A stretch of DNA of 64,000 bases from Chlamydiia bacterium (GTDB lineage Bacteria > Chlamydiota > Chlamydiia > Chlamydiales > RGXB01), in contig JBEIFH010000001.1 of NCBI GenBank assembly GCA_040382515.1, positions 64,001 to 128,000 on the forward strand. The letters run 5' to 3'. Under the pieces are notes generated by a model. The model saw nothing but the letters and a program-made list of their open reading frames with translations, had not been told where the DNA came from and searched no databases. The stretch's first letter is position 1; the number at the start of each line of letters is the position of its first letter. Below, in pieces: positions 29,245 through 37,356 of the stretch. A program made the position numbers and the translations under genes.

Positions 29245-30926
29245 CCAAAACACCTTTTCAACTGTGCCTCTTTGAGAGGGACATAGACTTTATGAGAAAA
29301 ATCTTTTTTTGTTTCGAGCAATTCTCTAAATGCTTGCGTCGCAATAAGAAGATCTTTTTTTAAATACCCTTTGCGCATTTTCGGCAAAAGCATCTCTAAG
29401 AGGGCCTCATCTGTACGATGGGGGTTTTCTAAAATTTCGGAAACTATTTTTTCTAATTGTTCAGGGTCAATACAGGGGGCCAAACCTTCAACCGATAGGG
29501 TCATCTTTGAGATAAAACGGGCTTCTACACCAAATCTACGTAATCTTTTAATAGCTTCATCTTCATCGAGATCAAATAAAGATTCGAGCCGGACTGTTCT
29601 ACTCACACACTCTGTTTGAATCGACACATCGTAACGGAGGATCTGCTCTTTGGCTAAAAAATCTTCCAAAAGGGCTAGATCGACAAGCACCGTATTTTCT
29701 TCATAAGAGGCAAATAAAAAACCTTCAACAATCATAATCCCCGTCACAGATATGAGAGGCGTTTGTTTAAAAATAACACTCTTAATGTCAGAAGAAGGGG
29801 TGGTAGAACCCGGGTGTACTTTCAAGTTTTCATTTTGACCCCTTTTTTCAAGGGGAAAAGAAAATGCATCCCACTGGGGAAAAGAAAAATCCTTTGTTTG
29901 CGAAAATTCTTGATTTGGACTCGCTAGGCAGAGTTGTTGCATAAAAGCCTTATCCAGCGCTTTTTGAACGATCCGGTACCACCTGTTCTCCTCTTTGAGG
30001 CGCACGATGCTTTTTTGCGGGTGGACGTTCACATCGACAAGGTCTAAAGGGATGTCAAGAAAGAGGATCAAAATAGGGTGTGTTTTCGGAGGGAAATGTT
30101 TTTGATACGCTTCATAAGCGGCCATCTGGATCAATGGACTTGATGCGGTCCTTTGATTGATGAAAAAATATTGCTGGCTGCGCGTTTTTTGCCCCTCTTC
30201 TGCTACACTCACTAACCCAAAGCAGCGAACCCCCTCCTCACTATGTTCAAATGCGTGCACTTTGTTTAAAAAATCGAAGCCAAAGAGGTCCTTGGCACGA
30301 TCTTCAAGAGAGTCCGCTTGGGGACAATCGAATTCGAGCTTTTTGTCTATAGTGAAACTGAATCGGATTTTCGGATTGCAGAGGGCTATTTTTTGGACTA
30401 TTTTCTGGACATCCATAGTCGCACCTCTGATCGTCTTTTGAAACTCCAGACGTGCCGGAACATTGTAAAAAAGGGAGTAAATTTCAAAAGTTGTCCCGTG
30501 CTCTTTAAAACAGGGGCCGTTTGAGATCATTTTGCCTGCCCTCATTTCGACCAAGGTTCCCTCGCCCCCCTCGATCGGCGCGGTTTTCATTAGCAAATGA
30601 CTGATGCTTGCTATCGAGGAGAGGGCTTCGCCGCGAAATCCGAGCGTTGCAATCCCTTTGAGGTCCTGTTGTCCACGAATTTTACTGGTGGCATGCCGCT
30701 CAAAACAAACAAGGGCATCCTCTTTGGGCATACCGATACCGTTATCCATGATTTTTATAGATTCAAACCCCCCACCTTGAATTTCGATATGGATGGTTGT
30801 GCTAGAGGCATCGATCGAGTTTTCCACAAGCTCTTTGATGCAACTTGCCGGATTTTCTACAACCTCTCCGGCTGCGATCAGATTAATTAAATGCTCCTCA
30901 AGGAGAAAAATGGGGCTTCGTTGCAT
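29232..30926 (-). CDS. mutL: DNA mismatch repair protein MutL
   Basis: IAAGEVVENP, KELVENSIDA, HATSKI, GFRGEAL, VDVNVHPQK. Start set to ATG 30926. Confidence 0.95.
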   Translation of the reverse strand: MQRSPIFLLEEHLINLIAAGEVVENPASCIKELVENSIDASSTTIHIEIQGGGFESIKIMDNGIGMPKEDALVCFERHATSKIRGQQDLKGIATLGFRGEALSSIASISHLLMKTAPIEGGEGTLVEMRAGKMISNGPCFKEHGTTFEIYSLFYNVPARLEFQKTIRGATMDVQKIVQKIALCNPKIRFSFTIDKKLEFDCPQADSLEDRAKDLFGFDFLNKVHAFEHSEEGVRCFGLVSVAEEGQKTRSQQYFFINQRTASSPLIQMAAYEAYQKHFPPKTHPILILFLDIPLDLVDVNVHPQKSIVRLKEENRWYRIVQKALDKAFMQQLCLASPNQEFSQTKDFSFPQWDAFSFPLEKRGQNENLKVHPGSTTPSSDIKSVIFKQTPLISVTGIMIVEGFLFASYEENTVLVDLALLEDFLAKEQILRYDVSIQTECVSRTVRLESLFDLDEDEAIKRLRRFGVEARFISKMTLSVEGLAPCIDPEQLEKIVSEILENPHRTDEALLEMLLPKMRKGYLKKDLLIATQAFRELLETKKDFSHKVYVPLKEAQLKRCFGWKG

Positions 30927-30985
30927 ACCCAAGATTGTAGCAAAATAAAAGAAAAAAGGGGATTGGAAGGTTATTCTTTGAAAAA

Positions 30986-31165
30986 AAAGATCCGAACCAT
31001 AATTCTATCATGTAGGCCATGATAGTTTGTTTTATGGCTCGGATGGTTAAAGAAAACACCCTTGTTCAATGACTAAAGATTCGTACTTTAAGTGTATCGG
31101 CCTTCGCCAACTACACCCGGTTCGATTCCTTGCTACGGCCTAATGATCCACCTGGTCCCTTCTTT
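30986..31165 (-). ncRNA. ssrS: Putative 6S RNA (180-nt rod with central bubble), followed by a U-tract
   Basis: Manual folding gives end-to-end pairing with a 15/19-nt central bubble. Several helices need G-U pairs that exist only on the minus strand. The 3' arm can also form a terminator hairpin. Confidence 0.65.
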
Positions 31166-31219
31166 AATTAACCAATAACATTTTTAGTAATTTTTTTTAA
31201 GAAAAATTTATATTTTTTT

Positions 31220-32059
31220 ATGATTCGGATCTTATCCAGCCTTATTACCTTAGCCTCAGTTAGCTACGGAGCTTATTATTTTTCCTCCCAACACCCCGAG
31301 GTAAAAGCAAAGGTGATGGATATTATTTATTCTGGCAATTTCCATACCCTTGAGGCGAGGCTTAGCTCTAAGCAGATTATGGAGGCGAACAAACGGAAGC
31401 TTTTGAAAGACGACCGGCACCATTTTCTAGAGCCCATAACACTCTATTCCCCCTATCTTTTGCTTGAGATCAAATACACAAAGCCGGATCACACCACCGG
31501 AGAAGGGATCATCCTCTGGGACCTTATCGACGGGGAGATGGTGATGAACACCGAAGGGTGGGATAAGACCCATGGGTATGCAGATTGTATCAAAGCAAGG
31601 CTCACAAAAAATGAGTTCAAAGTGATCAATTTGCTTGCAGAACGGGGTGGGGCCTTGGATAGAGGGGCGCTGGCCCGTCTTCTGGCTGCAGAAAATGAGA
31701 CGCTGGACAAAGTGATCGATGCCTGTAGACGAAAAAAACTGATTGTTTTGACCGGGAATCAATATCGGCTTCACCTGAAAAGCCCAAAAATCAGCGTCAT
31801 ACCCGAAACCTCTATCGACGACCATCTGGTCACTAAGTCCCTCAAAAACGCACAGCGGTTATCGCAGAGATTTTCAGAGTGGCAAATCCGGCAATTGGCA
31901 GAATCTACCTTTGGTGCCGATTTTGCGATCAGAAGCACCCTTAATGTCTACCTTCCGATCTATAATATCACTGTAGGAAACCCTGACGGGACCTTTCACA
32001 CCTCCTATTGGAATGCGATCAGCGGTAAAGAGATCCCCTTTTCCTCAATGATTGAATAG
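31220..32059 (+). CDS. Hypothetical protein with N-terminal membrane anchor
   Basis: 279-aa ORF, N-terminal hydrophobic segment, central winged-helix-like segment; probably a conserved chlamydial protein. Confidence 0.75.
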   Translation: MIRILSSLITLASVSYGAYYFSSQHPEVKAKVMDIIYSGNFHTLEARLSSKQIMEANKRKLLKDDRHHFLEPITLYSPYLLLEIKYTKPDHTTGEGIILWDLIDGEMVMNTEGWDKTHGYADCIKARLTKNEFKVINLLAERGGALDRGALARLLAAENETLDKVIDACRRKKLIVLTGNQYRLHLKSPKISVIPETSIDDHLVTKSLKNAQRLSQRFSEWQIRQLAESTFGADFAIRSTLNVYLPIYNITVGNPDGTFHTSYWNAISGKEIPFSSMIE

Positions 32060-32108
32060 GTTTTTTTATAGAGGGTTATATCGAGGACAACTTACATTCA
32101 AAAAGGCC

Positions 32109-32138
32109 TTGTATTTTACCCCCCGGATACCTTAGTAT
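32109..32138 (+). promoter_or_regulatory. Probable promoter of tRNA-Ser
   Basis: TTGTAT-N18-TAGTAT with GC-rich spacer, 17 nt upstream of the tRNA. Confidence 0.5.
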
Positions 32139-32155
32139 TTAGAGATCAAATTTTT

Positions 32156-32242
32156 GGAGAGATGGCCGAGTGGTCGAAGGCGCGTCCCTGCTAAGGACGT
32201 ATACCCGTGAGGGTATCGAGGGTTCGAATCCCTCTCTCTCCG
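32156..32242 (+). tRNA. tRNA-Ser (GCT), CCA not encoded
   Basis: Acceptor stem ggagaga/tctctcc, D arm tggccgagtggtcgaagg, anticodon arm cgtcc-ctGCTaa-ggacg, long variable arm, T loop ggttcgaatcc. Confidence 0.97.
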
Positions 32243-32329
32243 CTCTTCTAACCCTTTATTCCTCAAGTACGTAAAATTTTATTTTTTATAAAAATATTTA
32301 TTATGGTACAAGGGGGAAAAAGGACGTTT

Positions 32330-32542
32330 ATGAAAGTCAATAGACCAAATCACAATCAAGGACCTATCCAGCACGCCACAATTGGCAGACACACGCAATC
32401 TGATAAGATCATTAATCAATTATTTAAAAAAGGTTATCCAAAACCTCATAAAACCACGTTCAAGTTTGACCACCATCAAATTACAGCCCAGACTCCCAAA
32501 AGTTCCGAATTACCTAAACCTAAAAAAAATAAAAGAACTTGA
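32330..32542 (+). CDS. Small basic hypothetical protein (70 aa)
   Basis: AAGGA Shine-Dalgarno before ATG 32330; low-complexity K/P/H/Q-rich product. Confidence 0.45.
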   Translation: MKVNRPNHNQGPIQHATIGRHTQSDKIINQLFKKGYPKPHKTTFKFDHHQITAQTPKSSELPKPKKNKRT

Positions 32543-32627
32543 AAGCAAAGTGCTAATCATTAGCATCGCTTAGTTTTTTCATTAAAAAATTCTAGTGTAA
32601 ATATTGGTGCTTGTCTAACATCATCGT

Positions 32628-33233
32628 ATGGACACAATACAAGCGATCTACGAGCGGCGATCGATCAAACTTTTTGATCAAGGGCACGTCATGCCCGACG
32701 AGACGTTTCAAAAACTGATCATGGCCGCTAGACAAGCCCCTTCTTCCTATAACCTTCAGCACACTAGGCTCGTACATATCACAAGCAACGAGATAAAAAA
32801 AGAGATTTCAAAAGCAGCGTATGACCAACCACAGGTTTTAAGCAGCTCCGTCCTTTTCTTGATTGTGGGAGATACTCGTGCTTGGGAGAAAAATCCGGCT
32901 CGCTGCTGGAAAAACGCGCCGGAACAGGTGCAGAAGTTTATTTTGGATTCGATTCCCACTTTCCATAAAGCGCAACCCTGGATAGCTCGCGACGAGGCGA
33001 TCCGCTCAGGTGCGCTCACTGCGATGACTTTGATGCTAGCTGCAAAATCGCTTGGATACGACTCTTGTCCGATGATCGGCTTCAACCAAGAAGAGGTGAA
33101 AAAAATAGTCTCACTCCCTATGGATTTTGTCCCTGTGATGCTTCTGCCGATAGGGAAAGGGATAAAACCCCCTAATCCAAAACCGGGATTTATCCCTATG
33201 GAAGAATTTTTAATTAAAGATCGATTTACTTAA
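32628..33233 (+). CDS. Nitroreductase family protein
   Basis: ERRSIK, APSSYNLQH, LMLAAKSLGYDSCPMIGF. Confidence 0.93.
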   Translation: MDTIQAIYERRSIKLFDQGHVMPDETFQKLIMAARQAPSSYNLQHTRLVHITSNEIKKEISKAAYDQPQVLSSSVLFLIVGDTRAWEKNPARCWKNAPEQVQKFILDSIPTFHKAQPWIARDEAIRSGALTAMTLMLAAKSLGYDSCPMIGFNQEEVKKIVSLPMDFVPVMLLPIGKGIKPPNPKPGFIPMEEFLIKDRFT

Positions 33234-33243
33234 GTGATGACGC

Positions 33244-33816
33244 ATGCTTTCGATTTCTGAACACTACTTAAATTGGATCTATCAAGATTCAGTCTTAGAA
33301 TTGATACAAGAACCGCTCCCCCCCGAAACAAAAAAACTCTCACTGAAAGAAAAGATCTCCATCGGTGTCGAAAGAGGGGCAAACTGTTTTTGTCAGTCTA
33401 TCCATTTATTTTGTTTTATGACAGGGGTCGAAACCCTACTTCGAAAAACAACCCCCGATAACAACGATGGCATCCTTTTAAACGCGTTTTTGGTCCCCAT
33501 CATTGAGGAGTGTTTTTTTCGTGGTCTTCTTCGTAAAGGGGTCGAAAAAACGCAATCTCTGTACTTACAAGATACCGCTACCGATTCTGCGAAAAAATTC
33601 AGGATTGTTTTTTTAAATGCTGCTTTTTCTTTCGTCCATTCAGGCTGGAGGCGAAGAATCCTTTTTTTAAATTATCCATTAGAGTCAAAATTGCGCGAGG
33701 AGACAGGGAGTATTATCCCCCCTATTATGTCCCACATCACCCAAAATCTGATCCTCTTTTCAGCTCTCAAAATTGCTACCGTTTTAAAAAAATGTAATGA
33801 AGGAAAATCGGATTAG
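33244..33816 (+). CDS. CPBP (Abi/CAAX type II) intramembrane metalloprotease
   Basis: PIIEECFFRG, FSFVH, SHITQN motifs. Confidence 0.8.
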   Translation: MLSISEHYLNWIYQDSVLELIQEPLPPETKKLSLKEKISIGVERGANCFCQSIHLFCFMTGVETLLRKTTPDNNDGILLNAFLVPIIEECFFRGLLRKGVEKTQSLYLQDTATDSAKKFRIVFLNAAFSFVHSGWRRRILFLNYPLESKLREETGSIIPPIMSHITQNLILFSALKIATVLKKCNEGKSD

Positions 33817-33850
33817 ATCCTGTGTTTTTTTAAAAAAACTCGCTATTTAT

Positions 33851-34125
33851 TAAGAAAAGGGCGACGGTTTGCAAAAAATCCTATCGGAGTAATTGTAGCG
33901 CCTTTCCTGAACCTTTGCTCCAACTAACAAAAGGGCAATCAGTTTCGAAAATCCTAACGGGGTAATTGTAGGGCCTTTCCCGAACCTTTACTCCATTTAA
34001 CAAAAGGGCAATCAGTTTCGAAAATTTCTATCGAGTTAGTTGCAGATCCTTTCCCAAACCTTTGCTCCAACTAACAAAAGGGCAATCAGTTTCGAAAATT
34101 CCTATCGAGTTAGTTGCAGATCCTT
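33851..34125. repeat. Non-coding tandem repeat, 73-74 bp unit, about 4 copies
   Basis: taacaaaagggcaatcagtttcgaaaat at 33925, 33998 and 34072, with a degenerate copy at 33851; the intervening segments are homologous to each other. Confidence 0.92.
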
Positions 34126-34164
34126 AAGCCGAATTTTCGCTCTAGGCAGCATAAAAAGAATCGG

Positions 34165-35505
34165 CTACACGCTGGTTTTGAGATAATTGATCAGATGATC
34201 TAAGGTGCCTGTTTCCTGTCTTTGTTGTTTCAAAATTTTGAAATTTAGGCGCTCTTGACATAGCTCTTCCCCATTGGCAATCACAACCACCTCAAACCCT
34301 TTGCGATCCGCATATTTGATCTGGTTGGGCAAAGGTTTATCTTGTAAATAGACCTCGGCGCCAAACCCGTGCTGACGAATTTTTTCAGCTATGGTTATAT
34401 ACTGGGAGAGATAGTTTCTATCTTGTACCGTCACCAAAACTCTTGCATAGGTCTCAGTTTCAGAACGGATCAGCCCCTTCTCGATCATTTTAGGGATCAA
34501 CCTTGAGACCCCAATCGAAATCCCCACACCCGGCAATAGCTTTCGTGTGAATGTGGCCGCTAGATTTTGATAGCGCCCTCCGGCACAGATCGTCCCAAGT
34601 TCCGGGCAATCGATCCATTTGACCTCGTAGATCGTACCTGTGTAATAATTCAGACCGCGCGCTAATGTCGGGTCAATCTCGATCACTTCGGCTGGAACGC
34701 GAAAAGCGGTTGCCAACCGGAGCACTTCTTCTAATTCGTCTAGACCCTCTTTAAGTAGAGGTGTTTTAGTAAACCCCTCCAGGTAGCTCATCATTGCAGC
34801 AGTCGACCCCTTTCTCTCTAAAAAAGAGAGAATTTTTTCCACAACGGATCCACTCACCCCAATCTCATCAAGTCCTCGGGCCATCGCTGAAGCATCAATT
34901 TTCTCTTTTTTATCAATTTGGCGTATGGCAGCCTCCAGGCAGGATTCTTCAACGCCGAATTCCTGCATCAGCCCCACTAAAATTTTGCGGTTGTTTATCT
35001 TGATCCGATAATTCGGCAATCCGATCGCAGTAAAAATCCTGTAGACAATTCCTAAAAGTTCCGCATCATAGGCCAAAGAAAGCTCGGTTTCGGAAATGAC
35101 ATCGATATCACACTGGTAAAACTGCCGGTAACGGCCTGCCTGGGGCCTCTCGCCTCTCCACACAGGAGCTATATGGTAGCGTTTAAACGGAAATACAAGC
35201 TGTCCGTAATGTTCCGCCACGTATCTGGCCAAAGGGACCGTGAGGTCAAAACGGAGGCCTAGCTCTTTTTTCCCCCCCTCATCAGCCGATAGCCGGGTTA
35301 GCCCATAAATTTCGCTATCATTTCCCTTCGATAAAAGGGTTGCAGTTTTTTCAACGGCAGGGGTGTCCATTGGCGAATAACCAAAAGCCTCAAACTCTTT
35401 TTTGATCTTGTCCAGGCAACGATTAAATGCTATCTGATCTTTGGGAAGAAATTCGGGAAACCCTGAAATAGACCCTACAAGGATCCCTTTTGATGAATTG
35501 GACAT
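34165..35505 (-). CDS. hisS: Histidine--tRNA ligase
   Basis: SGFPEFLP, LRFDLTVPLARY, RGERPQAGRYRQFYQCDID, ARGLNYYTG, GGRY. Confidence 0.96.
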   Translation of the reverse strand: MSNSSKGILVGSISGFPEFLPKDQIAFNRCLDKIKKEFEAFGYSPMDTPAVEKTATLLSKGNDSEIYGLTRLSADEGGKKELGLRFDLTVPLARYVAEHYGQLVFPFKRYHIAPVWRGERPQAGRYRQFYQCDIDVISETELSLAYDAELLGIVYRIFTAIGLPNYRIKINNRKILVGLMQEFGVEESCLEAAIRQIDKKEKIDASAMARGLDEIGVSGSVVEKILSFLERKGSTAAMMSYLEGFTKTPLLKEGLDELEEVLRLATAFRVPAEVIEIDPTLARGLNYYTGTIYEVKWIDCPELGTICAGGRYQNLAATFTRKLLPGVGISIGVSRLIPKMIEKGLIRSETETYARVLVTVQDRNYLSQYITIAEKIRQHGFGAEVYLQDKPLPNQIKYADRKGFEVVVIANGEELCQERLNFKILKQQRQETGTLDHLINYLKTSV

Positions 35506-35611
35506 ACTCTAACTTACCTTAAAAGCCCCTGATGCGAATTCAAGATTATGTCATGACCCGTGGGTTTTTGTCATCTTTGAAAAGGGGCTTTTAAGCTCAA
35601 TTATTTTTTGA

Positions 35612-36088
35612 TCAAATTTTTCTATGATAGGGTGAAAATGCACTTTCTGAGCTTCTCAAAGAACCCACAATCTGTGATTGTCTTGGGGAAATTCTAGGGG
35701 GCAAGGCGAGTGCATGGGAGGGCTCGGGCCTAGTGCAGGGCACTCTTGACAAGTCCTTCAACCTGGCTTTCAGTTGCAATTGCGGCTCCAAAAAATCATC
35801 CAACTTTTTTTTGAATCCCCGGGATAACTCATCACCAAGCTTTTTTGCCACCTCGTTGATCAGTTCAATGCTGGCAAGGGTCTTTTCTAAAGCCTCTTTA
35901 TTTTTTTCTTGTGCAAGGATTTTGTAATGAACGGGCTCAAGCCAATACCCTATCGAGGTCTGGCAAAGACGCAAACAGGGGTACTCTCTATCGGGCGACA
36001 AGAGCGCTTGAAGAGCTTCGCGTGTAGCTTCTTTTTTCCACGGTTTTAAAAATAGATTTTCACTTGGTAATATCCCACCTGAAATCAT
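35612..36088 (-). CDS. Hypothetical protein
   Basis: 158-aa ORF with coiled-coil core and Ser/Pro-rich tail; no motif recognised. Confidence 0.55.
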   Translation of the reverse strand: MISGGILPSENLFLKPWKKEATREALQALLSPDREYPCLRLCQTSIGYWLEPVHYKILAQEKNKEALEKTLASIELINEVAKKLGDELSRGFKKKLDDFLEPQLQLKARLKDLSRVPCTRPEPSHALALPPRISPRQSQIVGSLRSSESAFSPYHRKI

Positions 36089-36178
36089 AGGAATCTTTCT
36101 CTACTTAAAAATGAATGGAGCGAGTTTAGCAAATCTAATTTTTTTTAGAAACAAAAAGGAGCGTTCGTTTCAGAAACT

Positions 36179-37078
36179 CTAGGAGGCGCTCTCCGGCTCA
36201 GCTCCTATCGACCTGCTCTGCTCGTGATAATACTGGATGCTCTCTTTGCTGTTCGGGTACATGGGCCAGCTGACAAGAGATTTAAACATTTCCCACCGGG
36301 TCATACCGGTCTGTCTACGATGCAAAAAATCTTCCAAAGATCCCCTTTTATGTAAAAATAAGAGACCATATTTGTTCGCTCTAAATTCCATTTGCCTCTC
36401 CTGGACAAAAAAGATGTATAAGCTGATGAGAGCCGGGGCAGCTTTCATAAGGAACGAAGAGATGCTTTTTTCATTTTTATCATCTAGGAACGCAAATCCT
36501 TCATAGACCGTAACAACATATGCAAAAAATCCGGTGCAATACGACTTGAATAGATCCTCGTTCAGGATATGGCCGATTTCATGCCCTATAGCAAAAACAG
36601 CATCGTTCCTGTCTTGAATCTGCTCGGGGTTAACCGTGATCCTTTTTGAAAAAACCCCTTGCGTTTTAGCACACGCCTCCATTCTCTCAAAAGAGATCAA
36701 AGGCTTTTCGGCAAGCGAAAAAACCTCCCTAGCCTCCTCTGCTATCTTTAGAATATCAACCCCTTTTTGCAACAACTCACGTCTCATAGACTCCTGCTCA
36801 TCGCAAGGATTTTTCTGAGAAAACCGGCTGTGGACACCCATAGAGAACCAATTTTTACACCGGTCCAAAACACACCAATCCAAAAATTTGTCCACTTTAG
36901 TAAAAATTTTCTGATCCCAGGAAAATCTGCACTTAGCTAGAAACGGATACAAGCCGCATCGAGGGGGCTCCACTCTTGGAAAAACAGGTCTCGGATAGTG
37001 CGCTTCCGTTATGGGTCTTGCAAACTTTTTAAATAATGAAAGATTAGAAAAAGAGGGTGCAATAGGGTCAAGACGCAT
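36179..37078 (-). CDS. M48-like zinc metalloprotease with N-terminal extension
   Basis: AIGHEIGH, two TM segments, RQMEFRAN. Start set to ATG 37078 (uncertain). Confidence 0.65.
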   Translation of the reverse strand: MRLDPIAPSFSNLSLFKKFARPITEAHYPRPVFPRVEPPRCGLYPFLAKCRFSWDQKIFTKVDKFLDWCVLDRCKNWFSMGVHSRFSQKNPCDEQESMRRELLQKGVDILKIAEEAREVFSLAEKPLISFERMEACAKTQGVFSKRITVNPEQIQDRNDAVFAIGHEIGHILNEDLFKSYCTGFFAYVVTVYEGFAFLDDKNEKSISSFLMKAAPALISLYIFFVQERQMEFRANKYGLLFLHKRGSLEDFLHRRQTGMTRWEMFKSLVSWPMYPNSKESIQYYHEQSRSIGAEPESAS

Positions 37079-37356
37079 ACAGAGAACCTTTTTCTTTAAA
37101 TTAAGCCTTTCTGATCTTAAAAAAAAATTCAAGCTCTTTTTCATAACCTAAATATGTTTACTTTTTCGACATAGGAAAATATGACTCATCAAATGACCAC
37201 CCCCAAACTTTGAAGCCAAAAAGCTAAACCATATTATATCTTAGCAAAATCGCCCCCTTAGGTCGAAATTTCTCTACCGCTCTCAAGTGGTCTAGGTCTG
37301 TTTTATCGTTTTTTTCGTGTCCAATATTTTCCCTTTTCGCCTATGATGCAGCAATC

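Noticed and set aside
31118..31130. tRNA or tmRNA suggested by the ggttcgattcc T-loop-like motif
   Set aside because: No T-stem, acceptor stem or anticodon arm; the region folds better as a minus-strand rod.
33244..33816. Abortive-infection defence system based on the Abi family name
   Set aside because: CPBP/Abi proteases are not established phage-defence proteins, and no defence neighbours are present.
33851..34125. CRISPR array (28-bp identical blocks with ~45-bp gaps)
   Set aside because: The putative spacers are homologous to each other and no cas genes are in the window; kept as a tandem repeat.
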